A stretch of DNA of 64,000 nucleotides from Eledone cirrhosa (Eukaryota). The stretch is from positions 45,818,001 to 45,882,000 of the forward strand of contig OZ024742.1 of the NCBI GenBank assembly GCA_964016885.1, written 5' to 3'. Under the pieces are notes generated by a model, which was given only the letters and a program-made list of their open reading frames with translations, searched no databases and was not told the DNA's origin. Below are positions 1 through 12,938 of this stretch, piece by piece. A program made the position numbers and the translations under genes. Every line of letters begins with the position of its first letter. Position 1 is the first letter of the stretch.

Positions 1-1420
1 AACATGAAATAAAACCTGATACAAATCTCTCTCCCAGAAACAGTGCAAGATTACTTAATGCTTGAACAAAATAAAAATAGGCCAGTTCACTGAGAATGTT
101 GTACATGAGTACTTGAGATGAAAACCACAGACTATGGCATTAGGGAGGGCATCCTGTCCTAGAAGCCTATCCAGAAATAGTTCTATATGAGCTAGACACA
201 GTCACCTGACCCAACTTGCCTCTAATGAGACAACCCGTCTAACCTATGCTAGCGTAGAAAATGGATGTTAAACGATGAGGATGATGATGATGATAGAGGG
301 GATAAGCCATACTAAAAGCCTGACATGGAGTTCCAATACATTCATAATATCCCACCTTGAAGGATATCTCCATGCAATCCTGGAACAAGACATTTACCAC
401 CAAGTACCAATTACACAAAAGAGGAAGGTCATTAGTTGACAATAAATTTAGGCTGTAAAAAATTAGCCACATTATTGCTAACTATGAAAGAATGTCTTCT
501 CGTCACTACCTTCCCTTGCAAGAAATTTACTATGATACTTATAAGGGGCAGATAACTTTGACTTTCTATGTTATTGATACTTTTGAGAATTTAATTCTAA
601 GCATGTTCCCTTTATGTTACAGACACATACTGAAACAGGTGGGATAAGAAATGAGTCATTAAGTGCCAAATGCAGGTAGAAATGTTGAAAAGAAAAGTAT
701 GTTAAAACTGCCAAAGTGAAGTATATATATAATTTACATATGGGCCTTATATCAACAAAAATGTGAGAACTTTCGCTGAGGTTGGTAGTTACTCATATCC
801 TTTATAGCTACAGAAAGAAACTGTTGTTTTATAATAAAGAACAATTAACCGAGTTAATATACATTGCTTAAAATAAAATTTATAAATAGTTAAGTTCCTT
901 TAGAAAGGTTATGCAAGCTGAGGTGTGTGTGCATATGAATATATGAAGTATACTGTAAATAATGGTTGTATAATCATCTAGATTCTAGCTTTCGAGCTGA
1001 ACACTCCACTTAAATAGATTTTAATGCTGGATTTCTCTCAACATGGAGAGACATGTTCATAGGTATATAGGCCTCTGATGTCAAGAAACACACCTTGATT
1101 GCATATTTAATATTGGTTTTCTACATAAGCAGAGGGATTTATTTATATGCAAGAAGGAAAAGAAGCCAGATTGTGTAATAATACTTTCTCAAAGTTGGCT
1201 ATATCAATGTTAGAGAATAGAAATGGCTATGTCAAAAAATATAATTCAAGAATGCAAGAGAGAATTGTTTTCTATCAGGCCCACTTGGGGCCACATTATA
1301 TTCTTTCCCCTCACACCTACATCTGCGGCTAGACATGTCATTCTTTTGCCTCATGCCTAGAGATATAATTCTCTCTATCTGTTCATAAGGGATTTTTTCC
1401 TTCTTTGCTGTTTGTGTGTA

Positions 1421-1785
1421 CAATTGAAGACCCCCCCCCCCCCCCGGTATTCACAGGGGTTACATTCTCAAAGCATCTGCGAAGAATGCAAAACCGAGAA
1501 TATTGGATGTGGTCCATATAAATGCCTATAAACATCAAATTATAATGTAAAATATAATAAAAAAAAGAGGGACCATCTTATGCGAAGTGGCATTCAATAG
1601 GTTGGCAGATACGATATATTAGTATTAATAATTTAGCATTAAAAAAATATATATATTGTCACGAAAAAAGGCATTAAAAAAGTGCGCAAGAAATTTATGA
1701 TTCTGTGAATATGTGGTGGTTTCTACAAACAATTATTAGTTAGGTTCTATGGAAAACTGAGGCTACGAATGGTGGGGGCACATAG
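1421..1785. mobile_element. Degenerate Tigger/pogo-like (Tc1-mariner) MITE
   Basis: TA-flanked ends: CCCCC-GGTATTCACAGGGGTTACATTC on the left and CGAATGGTGGGGGCACATAG-TA on the right resemble Tigger subterminal motifs; no ORF. Confidence 0.4.
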
Positions 1786-2100
1786 TATTCCTTAAGTATA
1801 CCAACTGGCTGTTTGACCCTGGTATCACAGCCCTAGTATACCTAAGAAATTTATGATTCTGTGAATATGTGGTGGTTTCTACAAACAATTATTAGTTAGG
1901 TTCTATGGAAAACTGAGGCTACGAATGGTGGGGGCACATAGTATTCCTTAAGTATACCAACTGGCTGTTTGACCCTAGTTTTAAAGCCCTAGTGTGTTCC
2001 CTAACTATACCAACTGGTTGTTTGACCCTGGCGTCACATCCCTAGTGTGTTCCCTAAGTATACCAACTGGCTGTTTGACCCTGGTATCACAGCCCTAGTG
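1689..2100. repeat. 156-bp local tandem duplication followed by a 53-bp tandem repeat (about 3 copies)
   Basis: CCAACTGG recurs at 1801, 1957, 2010 and 2063. Confidence 0.85.
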
Positions 2101-2292
2101 TGTCTGTTCTTGCTTGTCCATAATGTTTCACTCAAGGTATTTGATAAATATGTTTTCTGTTCATCATCCATTTTTTGTTACTTGCCATTCATAATGTTTT
2201 TTTAAAAATTCTTTGTCAGGTTTTTCTGTGTGTCTTCCGTCTATGCATCTGTTTACCTGTTAAATTATCATTTAATATTTTTCCATATTGGC

Positions 2293-2327
<35 letters not shown>

Positions 2328-2335
<8 letters not shown>

Positions 2336-2545
2336 GGGAAGAAAGAGGAAAACTGCATGGTTGCACATGGGTTACATATTATAAAATTAGTCCCTCATCA
2401 GTGATTTACCAACCATCATTGGTATTTCATCGCATTAAAAATCATATACCTCAGGTTGGTGCGAGCAATAACTAAAATAAGCTATTGGGACAAGTGAATC
2501 GCGTAAAGCGAGTGAGACAAGTAAACAACAAGAAGGAAAAAATAT
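2328..2545 (-). mobile_element. Short (TA)n-embedded interspersed element, same family as 61028-61209 + 63772-63947
   Basis: Collinear similarity to 61028-61209 (GGTTGCACATGG..AGTCCCTCATCAGTGATTTACCAA..CGCGTAAAGCGAGT); flanked by TA arrays. Confidence 0.75.
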
Positions 2546-2845
2546 ACATATATAGATATATACATATATAGATATATATTTTGGAAGAGACAGGGAGCTG
2601 TGTGGTTACTTGATAAAGTGTATTTAAAAATAAGAGGAAAGCACAAATATATATATATATATATATAAGAAAGTTGGTTAATTAAAAATCTGCCGACTTA
2701 TTCTTTAACAGATGTGAAGCAATCCACGGTTTTTTGTTCATCCAGAGTTTTATTACAATAAATAACAGACAGTTTTATTTGTACATCCCTATTTTATTTG
2801 TTGTACATATTTCGACAAACAGACATTGATATGTTACCAGTCGGA

Positions 2846-5020
2846 CGTGTTATTCACCTCACTGACCAATACACATCCCCTGCCAGAGGTGTTATTCACC
2901 TCACTGACCAATACACATCCCCTGCCAGAGGTGTTATTCACCTCACTGACCAATACACATCCCCTGCCAGAGGTGTTATTCACCTCACTGACCAATACAC
3001 ATCCCCTGCCAGAGGTGTTATTCACCTCCCTAACCAATACACATCCCCTGCCAGAGGTGTTATTCACCTCACTGACCAATACACATCCCCTGCCAGAGGT
3101 GTTATTCACCTCCCTAACCAATACACATCCCCTGCCAGAGGTGTTATTCACCTCACTGACCAATACACATCCCCTGCCAGAGGTGTTATTCACCTCCCTA
3201 ACCAATACACATCCCCTGCCAGAGGTGTTATTCACCTCACTGACCAATACACATCCCCAGCCAGAGGTGTTATTCACCTCACTGACCAATACACATCCCC
3301 TGCCAGAGGTGTTATTCACCTCACTGACCAATACACATCCCCAGCCAGAGGTGTTATTCACCTCACTGACCAATACACATCCCCTGCCAGAGGTGTTATT
3401 CACCTCACTGACCAATACACATCCCCTGCCAGAGGTGTTATTCACCTCACTGACCAATACACATCCCCTGCCAGAGGTGTTATTCACCTCACTGACCAAT
3501 ACACATCCCCTGCCAGAGGTGTTATTCACCTCACTGACCAATACACATCCCCTGCCAGAGGTGTTATTCACCTCACTGACCAATACACATCCCCTGCCAG
3601 AGGTGTTATTCACCTCACTGACCAATACACATCCCCTGCCAGAGGTGTTATTCACCTCACTGACCAATACACATCCCCTGCCAGAGGTGTTATTCACCTC
3701 ACTGACCAATACACATCCCCTGCCAGAGGTGTTATTCACCTCACTGACCAATACACATCCCCTGCCAGAGGTGTTATTCACCTCACTGACCAATACACAT
3801 CCCCTGCCAGAGGTGTTATTCACCTCACTGACCAATACACATCTCCTGCCAGAGGTGTTATTCACCTCACTGACCAATACACATCCCCTGCCAGAGGTGT
3901 TATTCACCTCACTGACCAATACACATCCCCTGCCAGAGGTGTTATTCACCTCACTGACCAATACACATCCCCTGCCAGAGGTGTTATTCACCTCACTGAC
4001 CAATACACATCCCCAGCCAGAGGTGTTATTCACCTCACTGACCAATACACATCCCCTGCCAGAGGTGTTATTCACCTCACTGACCAATACACATCCCCTG
4101 CCAGAGGTGTTATTCACCTCACTGACCAATACACATCCCCTGCCAGAGGTGTTATTCACCTCACTGACCAATACACATCCCCTGCCAGAGGTGTTATTCA
4201 CCTCACTGACCAATACACATCCCCTGCCAGAGGTGTTATTCACCTCCCTGACCAATACACATCCCCTGCCAGAGGTGTTATTCACCTCACTGACCAATAC
4301 ACCCCCCCTGCCAGAGGTGTTATTCACCTCACTGACCAATACACATCCCCTGCCAGAGGTGTTATTCACCTCCCTGACCAATACACATCCCCTGCCAGAG
4401 GTGTTATTCACCTCACTGACCAATACACCCCCCCCCCTGCCAGAGGTGTTATTCACCTCACTGACCAATACACATCCCCAGCCAGAGGTGTTATTCACCT
4501 CACTGACCAATACACATCCCCTGCCAGAGGTGTTATTCACCTCACTGACCAATACACATCCCCTGCCAGAGGTGTTATTCACCTCACTGACCAATACACA
4601 TCCCCTGCCAGAGGTGTTATTCACCTCACTGACCAATACACATCCCCTGCCAGAGGTGTTATTCACCTCACTGACCAATACACATCCCCTGCCAGAGGTG
4701 TTATTCACCTCACTGACCAATACACATCCCCTGCCAGAGGTGTTATTCACCTCACTGACCAATACACATCCCCAGCCAGAGGTGTTATTCACCTCACTGA
4801 CCAATACACATCCCCAGCCAGAGGTGTTATTCACCTCACTGACCAATACACATCCCCTGCCAGAGGTGTTATTCACCTCACTGACCAATACACATCCCCT
4901 GCCAGAGGTGTTATTCACCTCACTGACCAATACACATCCCCTGCCAGAGGTGTTATTCACCTCACTGACCAATACACATCCCCAGCCGGAGGTGTTATTC
5001 ACCTCACTGACCAATACACA
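2846..5020. repeat. 42-bp minisatellite, about 52 copies (GAGGTGTTATTCACCTCACTGACCAATACACATCCCCTGCCA)
   Basis: Head-to-tail period of 42; each unit has a GAGGTG-TTATT-CACCTC hairpin; no unique spacers. Confidence 0.98.
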
Positions 5021-5065
5021 TGGTGTTTTGGTAACATAACAATGGAAAATTACATCTGCTTTATA

Positions 5066-5147
5066 TGTTTGTTTGAAGAGAACATTTAAGGCAGTTACTA
5101 TATAACTACCTTACATCTTCGAAATACGTATAATGGTATAATGAATA
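5066..5147 (+). ncRNA. Degenerate type I hammerhead ribozyme motif
   Basis: TGTTTGT-TTGAAGA (C3>U)-long stem II-GAAA-TACGTA-TA; the stem I partner ATGAATA follows a short duplication. Confidence 0.55.
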
Positions 5148-6429
5148 AAATAGGGATGTATGAATAAAACTATCTCTCTCATTTATTGAAATATATATAT
5201 TTTATATATACTAGCATGTGTAATGTGCATATTGATATTATACGCAAATATATATACTTAGAGATATGATACATCAAATGAAATTGTAATTGACAATATA
5301 CACAGAAATTGAACGAAGTCTGCATTACACTCTGTCCTGTAATCAGTAAAGTAATCCATGATACATTAAAAAAAAAAGATGATATTATATATAAACTGCA
5401 TTAGGAAAAAAATTAGTGACTGAAATATATGTGATGTTTTTATAAGTGATCACTAACCGGAAGTGTTGACATTTGAAGATTTTAAAGAAGTGAATCTTAA
5501 AATAAGTAATAAAATTATTTATATTTAATCAAGAATTACGAAATTTAGTAGATAAATTATGTAATATTCATTCATTATTTATTCAATGTAATCCAACTTA
5601 TTTTACAAACGGAATAAAAATATGTATTCTGAACGCAGTCATGCACCCTTTCTTTATTATAGTTATATGACCCATGCAAGCATGGACAAATAGACGTTCA
5701 ATGGTGATGGTGATATATATAAAATTGGAAAGTGAAGATACTGTAATTTCACTCTTCAATTTTTGATACCTATACTCTACAACCCACACTGATGCTACAA
5801 TACTCTTCTACAGCTGTTAAAATACATTCGCATTATGAAATCACATAGATTTCTAAACATAGTAACACCAGCATTTATTGCATTGTAAGACATTTTCCCA
5901 TGCTGGCATATATATATATATATGTTTGTGTGTGTGTGTGCATATGTATATATGTATATATATTTAGCTGAGATGTTGGTCGTTGTGACTATTGTGGTGA
6001 TGGTTGATAATGTTGCCATGTGTTGTACTAGTTGATTGATGTGGTTAAAAAAAACGATCAGGAACAACGAAGAAATAAAACTGCTAATTTCTATATTTTG
6101 ATTTGTTTCATGGAATACGATAAGGCCATATAGCAAAATATAATGCAATCATATTTCAGAGTGTTTTCTGAATATGTTGCTAAATATAGTGTTCATAGAT
6201 AAAAGTATTTTGTTGTGATATGTTTGAATTTGTGTGTGAATCTGTGAATGCAGAAATGTTGGTTGAGATACGATATTGCCTTGCTGCCTGACAGATTTAC
6301 TAGTCAGAGTACTCTGGCCCAGCTGCAGCAGTGCCATAATAACTAGCAACTGCTACAGCCAAGTGTCAGCTGTCAACTGTCTCAGAGACCAACAAGGCGA
6401 GAAGAATGGGTAAAGCCAGTTTAATTTGT

Positions 6430-6940
6430 TTGAAATACCCATGCTGGCAAGGGTTGGATGGGTCTACATAGACCAAGTCAGTATTGAAGTGAGGCTACTG
6501 ACCTCCCAAACAGGCCGGGAGGGGCGGTGCCTGCATCTCCCTTACATATAGTTATCCCATCTATTGAGTGCACAGGAAAGCTTGTCATGTCTTTTGACAC
6601 AAACTGAAAGGTCCTCACCACCCCTTTGGCTAGTTTTCTACAACAGGATGCGCTTCCTAATACCAACCATTTTAAAGCATGCAGTGGGTGCTTTTATTGT
6701 GTTGATCACCAGGACTAGGAGATTGACATGTCCTTGACAAGTGAAGGGTCCACCAAACCTTTGTTTGGCAAGCCTTCTATGGCCAGATGCCCTTCCTATC
6801 TCCAACCCCTTTTAAGCATGTACTAGGTGCATTTATTATGTAGATCACCAATACTAGGAAGGTTTTCATGTCCTTGACACATTTGATGGGTTCTCTGAAC
6901 CCTTTTTTTGTCAAGCTCGTTACAGCTGGATGCCCTTCCT
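6430..6940 (-). mobile_element. Old RTE/SINE 3'-UTR-like remnant with an internal triplication
   Basis: Three degenerate copies of TTCTAC..GGATGCCCTTCCTA, the motif found in RTE 3' UTRs elsewhere in the window. Confidence 0.5.
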
Positions 6941-7383
6941 ATCATATATGTATAAATACGCACATACACATGTACACATGCACACACACACACTCTCACA
7001 TACCCCCCCGCCCCCCCCACACACACACAAATACATGCACACATACACATTATGTGTATATATGTGTGTATACTATGTATATAGATCAGGTAATTTTTTA
7101 CTTATCTAAATATTGCAGCCAAATGGGAGGAGGTGTTTTGTGTGTGGTGTGTGTATGAGTTTTAATGAGATTCATTGTACAACATAACACAAATACTTCT
7201 CACACTACTGACACAACTTCAAAGTATCAGATTGAAAAAAAATCTTTGTCTAATTAACCTTTTCAAATGCTTTATAGAAATCCTTACCTGTCAGTTTGCA
7301 TAGTTATAATGACATTTTTACATTTTTACCTGTGACCTATCACCAAAAATACTAAGTCATATGCTGGAGTCTGCCTATCTCCA

Positions 7384-7432
<49 letters not shown>

Positions 7433-7694
7433 TATATGTGTGTGTGTGTGTAATTATGATATATATATATATAAAGATATATCAATCATATTTTATTATT
7501 TGTTTGACCCGAATTGCTTGGTCGTTTCTATGGTTGTGCGGATAATGGTTTAACCATCGTCTCAGTGTGTTTGGCCTTTTAACTTACGTTGTTGCTCTAG
7601 TACACTAGCTTCTATGGAGCGCTTGCCTCACATCTCGGAAGTTGTCTTTCGCTAATTTCCAATAGCCAAAATACGATTCTCACTAATTTATATT

Positions 7695-7802
<108 letters not shown>

Positions 7803-8292
7803 CCGAAGAGATTGTTTTGGTAAAAACAGGAGCAAGCAGGAGAAAGCTCTCAATATTTGTAGTTTGTAGTTACAATGGAGATTCAGTATAATAATAACAT
7901 TAATAAAGATGCTGATGTTACATAAATATGTTCATTATAATTATTTCAACAGTTCTCCCATGCAATCAAGATATGATTCATGCATTTATTGCTGTTACGA
8001 GAACGGTATCCTCAGATGAAATTCGATTTTGTGATATGCTGCCGGCAGGAAAAAAAAACACACACGTCCTTCTGCTTGTGCGTTCAGCAGACATATGAGT
8101 TCCTGAAAGAATCTCCCAGCTGTCATGTTTACTGGAGCAAAGTGCTATCCATGTGTCGATTAGCGAAATTGGGATTGCATCCCCCACGTAATTGAGGTCA
8201 TAAATCAGCAGAAAGGTAACCCCTCAAGTATGTTGTGTTGATCTGTATCAAACAATAGTCTATGTGTAGCCAGAATCCAATAGATAGTGGAA

Positions 8293-8600
8293 GCAATAAA
8301 CAGAACTCTGAGAGAGAGTGAGGTATATATTTTGTTGACAGCCACATTCAAGACAACAGCTACAACAACAACAGCAATAACAACAACAACAGCAAACACC
8401 AACCAGCATCACCTACACTGGCCACAGCAGTCATAATTCCCTGCAGACAACAACAGCCACAACAATAAACGAAACTCTGAGGTAGGGCGATAAACATATT
8501 TGATGGCATCCATCTTCAAGACAACAGCGACAACAACAACAACGGCAACAACAACAACAACACCCATCGCCCACACTGGCCGTCACAGTGGTAGTTAATT
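8293..8600. repeat. Diverged tandem duplication (about 170 bp) containing (ACA)n
   Basis: CAATAAAC..AACTCTGAG..TTCAAGACAACAGC..CACTGGCC occurs twice. Confidence 0.6.
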
Positions 8601-9179
8601 GCAGCGAGTACACACTACCCGAGAGTCAGGCAGCGGCAACACTAACAGCAACAACACTAATAATGAACCCATATATATATATATATGCTAGCGTGGAAGA
8701 TGGACGCTAAACAATGATGATGATGATGATGATATATATATATATTGGATAAATCGCTTAGTCCTGACTAACAGGTCCAGAAATATCTTTCGATTTACTG
8801 ACTTTATTGTAATTCAGTGAAATTGGATCATTGGAGCCAACTAGAAGAAATTATTGCGCTTCTATTTTCATTCTAAATTGACTGTGGTCTCTCAAGAGTT
8901 ACCCTCCCCCTTTGTATCTTACCCTATTTTTTTAAAATACTTTTTTCTAAATAAACTCTTTTGTTATATCCCCATAGGGAAAGCACAATCAACCATAGGC
9001 GGTCATCTTTGTTTTTATTTTTCTCATGACAGGCTAAATAAATTGGGGCCCAGAACCCAACGAAATTTGAGTAACTGTTGTAATTATATACATATATATA
9101 TATATATTGTAGAAATTGAAGTTGTAGCTGCAACAGAGCAGATACTAATCAAATTGTTTGAGGCAGTCATAAAGCACTG

Positions 9180-9237
<58 letters not shown>

Positions 9238-9546
9238 GCGGTATCCCAGCATGGCCTCAGCTAGTCAGCTAGAACATGTAAAATAGTAAAAGATTATATA
9301 TAGAGAGATAAAAACCCTATCCACACACAGAAGAGACACAATTCTCCAACAGATTACAGAAGCCACAAACATAAACAAACGTCAGCCAAAACTAAACAGA
9401 AAACATGAGTGGAATAGCAACAACATTATAACTAGTAACTAAGGACAAGATAAAGACATACAGAGACATTGAAGAACTAAACTGATAAAACAAACCAGAC
9501 ACACACAGATAGAACAAGCAATGAACTATATATGTTTGTGTGTGCT

Positions 9547-10050
9547 AGTGAGTAGGAGAAGACAGGACCCAGATTTCTTCAGGGAAGTGGCCCCACTCAA
9601 TATGTAGAAAAGGAGTAGGTATAAACTCCATACAATATACACAATGTAAGTCTTCGGTACACAAGAGGTGTAATGGGATAATGAGTAGACTAATGGAAAG
9701 GGTGAACTTTGCTTGTGCAAGATCCACAGGAGTAATTGAGAGGAAGATTGCCAGTGATATAGGCCTTTTCCAGTCACAGGAAGGGTCACATAGACGTGGT
9801 TGATAGTTTCTGCTACCTAGGTAACTTAATTAGCAGTGGAGGAGGGTGTGTCAACAGTATAATAGCTAGAATAAGGATAGGATGGAAGAAGTTTAGAGAA
9901 CTGCTCTCACTGCTGACAAGAAAAGGTTTCTCCTACGTACGAAAAGAAGGCTGCATGATGCCTGTGTATGGTGCTCAATACTGCATGGTAGTGAAACATA
10001 AGCTGTGACCACAGAGGACATGCATAGACTGGAGAGAAATGAAGCAACCA
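9547..10050 (+). mobile_element. RTE LINE fragment (PHD finger and C-terminal region), decayed
   Basis: Translates to GKWP..CRKGVG..; VDSFCYLGNLISSGGGC..ARIRIGWKKFRELL, matching the ORF at 61515-63770. Confidence 0.9.
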
Positions 10051-10305
10051 CGTTTAGTTTTGGCTAAGTTTACTCTCAGACATTTTGACTCCAAATTCTG
10101 TTTCCAAAATCGGATATTTATATTTATATTTATATTTATGTACATACATGTATGTAAGTATATATATGTGTATATCTTTTATAATATATTTAAAAAATAC
10201 ATCTCTGTAGTGATTTTTCTTAATGCATGTGCAATGGAATTCTCCAGCAGATGTTTTATATGAAAAAAGTATATAAATTGTAGCTTATTCTAATCCCAGT
10301 GAGTA

Positions 10306-10354
10306 AGTGTCACGGATGATGGATAAAAATCCTGAAACTCTAGTGTCTGGCATT
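10306..10354 (+). ncRNA. Type I hammerhead motif with one core substitution
   Basis: AGTGTCA-CGGATGA-tGGAtaaaaaTCCt-GAAA-CTCTAGT-GTC-TGGCATT; 7-bp stem I with two GU pairs, GUC triplet, U4>G. Confidence 0.6.
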
Positions 10355-10557
10355 CTCACACGGCTTCTAAGATTGCTGTGGCATAATCACAGATTAAAAC
10401 AATTATAATGAGACTTATATCTTTTTTTATTATGTATGGACATATTGCATATGCTTTCATGTCTGTATTATGAGTTACGCTATGTCAGTGCTATTGCTAT
10501 ATATCATCATCATCATCATCATCATCGTTTAACGTCCATGTTCCACGCTTGCATGGG

Positions 10558-10590
<33 letters not shown>

Positions 10591-10620
10591 AGATCAAAAT
10601 ATGGTTAAATGAGTTCCATG

Positions 10621-10691
10621 TATTTTATTATGCGCATTTCAAAAACAAATATCATCATGCAATAACATTTGTGTTTTCATCAGATAAAATA
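10621..10691 (-). ncRNA. Intact-looking type I hammerhead ribozyme
   Basis: Minus strand: TATTTTAT-CTGATGA-long stem II-GAAA-TGCGCA-TA-ATAAAATA; perfect 8-bp stem I, palindromic stem III, AUA triplet. Confidence 0.85.
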
Positions 10692-10843
10692 GGAGGACAT
10701 GATATGAAGGTTAAAAACACTTGTGGATAGTGCAGTTTTAAATCAACATATATATATTATGTATACTCCAGTCCTACAAACTGTAGAGTGCTTCTTATCC
10801 GATATCTGCATTGCTTTATTGTACTACAATAAAACTCACCTCC

Positions 10844-10882
<39 letters not shown>

Positions 10883-10883
<1 letters not shown>

Positions 10884-11045
10884 GGAAAAGAGTCAGGACC
10901 CAGACGGCTGAGCTCTGGCTGTTTCGACAGCTAGTTCTGAACCCTGTCAGAACTAGCTGTCGAAACAGCCGGAGCTCAGCCGTCGGGGTATTGAGTACTC
11001 TGGTGCGTTAGGGTCCAACTGGTTCCTCACCACACCTCCTTAGTT
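10883..11045 (+). mobile_element. (TA)n-embedded fold-back element, same family as 44303-44480
   Basis: 38-bp inverted arms at 10903-10940 and 10947-10984 with one mismatch; shared GAGTACTCTGGTGC tail. Confidence 0.75.
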
Positions 11046-11243
11046 ATATATATATAGTCCCACCCTTGCAAGCAGGGAAGGGCGGACGTAAAATGAAATG
11101 ATATATATTTGTATGTATATATATATATATATATATATGTGTATATATATATACATATATATACATATATATATGTATGTATATATATATATATATATAT
11201 ATACGATATTAATAAATGGAAACTATATTTATAAAACCATATT

Positions 11244-11308
11244 TATTTCATTATACATATTTCAGGGATACCAAATTAAAATATGGTATGCCTTCATCAG
11301 ACAAAATA
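11244..11308 (-). ncRNA. Intact-looking type I hammerhead ribozyme
   Basis: Minus strand: TATTTTGT-CTGATGA-AGGcATACCA..TGGTATcCCT-GAAA-TATGTA-TA-ATGAAATA; 8-bp stem I with two GU pairs. Confidence 0.8.
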
Positions 11309-11951
11309 CAATATATAAACAGTTTTATAAATAATTTTGACGTACCCTATTAAATGCAACCATTATTTTTGGAAGCTGTCTGGATAGTGAAATGTTTATA
11401 TTATTTTATTAGTTATAGTGTTAAGCACAATTAGAAAAAGACGGAGAGAAAGAAAGAAAAAAAAAACGGAGAGAGAGAAGGAGAGAGAGAAAAAGAAAAC
11501 CTGGAGAAATATCGGAGAGAGAGAGAAATGTATGTAGAAAAGAAAGAGATAAATAGATAGGAGGAAATAAAAAAGAAAGAAAAAAGGAAGAAATAAGAAA
11601 TAAGAAAAACAAAGGAAAGCAACAGAGAGATAATAAGTCATCATACAGATAGAAAAACTCAAGAGAGAGAAAATACTATATAGAGAGAGGGGGAGATAGT
11701 GACAACTTTACGTCATGTCATATTAAGTTGAGTTAACAATTTATATGAAATGAATAATAAAAATATAAATATAAATATTCATGAATGGGACATAGATATA
11801 TAATATGAGAAAATAACATTGTTCAATAATGACCATATGTTTAGTTTAAAAACTTGAGATCAATATACCAAAATCTGAGTTAAATCTTTCAAAAAGTACC
11901 CTATTTATAAAAATCAGGATACAAATATGTATATATATATACACACATATG

Positions 11952-12938
11952 TCATCATCATCATCATCATCATCGTTTAACGTCCATGTTCCACGCTTGC
12001 ATGGCTTTGGACGGGAGTTTTCCCACTTGAGGCAAGAGTGGTTGTCTTGCTCGCATAGGACTGTCTGGCGGGTTTTCTACAGTTGGATGCCCTTCCTAAC
12101 ACCAACCACATTTACAGTGTGGGGCTGGGAGGTTTTTACCGTGTTGCCTACATGGCCACATTACAGCGTGGACTGTCTGGCAGGTTTTCTACAGCTGGAT
12201 GCCCTTCCTAACACCAACCACATTTACAGTGTGGGGCTGGGAGGTTTTTACCGTGTTGCCTACACGGCCACATTACAGCGTGGACTGTCTGGCAGGTTTT
12301 CTACAGCTGGATGCCCTTCCTAACACCAACCACATTTACAGTGTGGGACTGGGACGTTTTTACCGTGTTGCCTACACGGTCACATTACAGCGTGGACTGT
12401 GTGTTTTTTTTGTCGTGACACCTACACGATCTCATTTGTTTCGGCCTGGATTTTGTGGCACCAACATAACTTTACATTGAAAGGGGCGGTGTGGATGGGG
12501 TGGGGGTGGTGGGACGGGGGTGTATTTTGTTAGAGATACCTACTGACTGTAGTAGGTTTTACTTTGTATTTAGGTAACGCGGGTCTTCTCTATTACTGAG
12601 TACCGCCAAAGCTCTCGGTCCAGTGACATTGTCTTGGAGAGGTGTAAGTGTGTGAGGTCGGAATTTATCAGCTCGTCCCAGGTTTTTCTGGGTCTGCCTA
12701 CTCCGTGGCTACCTTCTATCTTTATTGCCCTGCACTTTGTTATACAGCTGTCGTCTTTCATGCGCATCACGTGACCATACCAACGTAGCCTTCTCTCGAG
12801 TAAACAACATCTGATCCCTCTTATTTCTAATTTTTTCCTTAGTTCGTTTATGCTTTGCCGTTCGCGTATATTACTATTACACATCCAGCGGAGCATGCAA
12901 GCTTCGTTCCTCTCTAGTCTGCGTATATCCTCTGCACA
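11952..12938 (-). mobile_element. 5'-truncated RTE LINE with (GAT)n tail and a triplicated 3' UTR segment
   Basis: ORF 12570-12896 (RRLRWYGHVMRM..GRPRKTW); (CAT)n at 11952; a 112-bp unit occurs three times at 12061-12396. Confidence 0.95.

Noticed and set aside
2385-2445. SECIS element on the minus strand (ATGA..AAA..TGAT)
   Set aside because: Helix lengths do not fit SECIS geometry and there is no associated ORF
2798-5089. Three ORFs of more than 700 aa, and a CRISPR-like appearance
   Set aside because: By-product of a 42-bp unit open in several frames; there are no unique spacers and no cas genes, and the context is eukaryotic
7978-8195. Short ORFs in a GC-richer island, possibly an RT remnant
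   Set aside because: No motif could be recognised with confidence
8765-8840. Minus-strand hairpin-GAAA hammerhead candidate
   Set aside because: No CTGANGA is present
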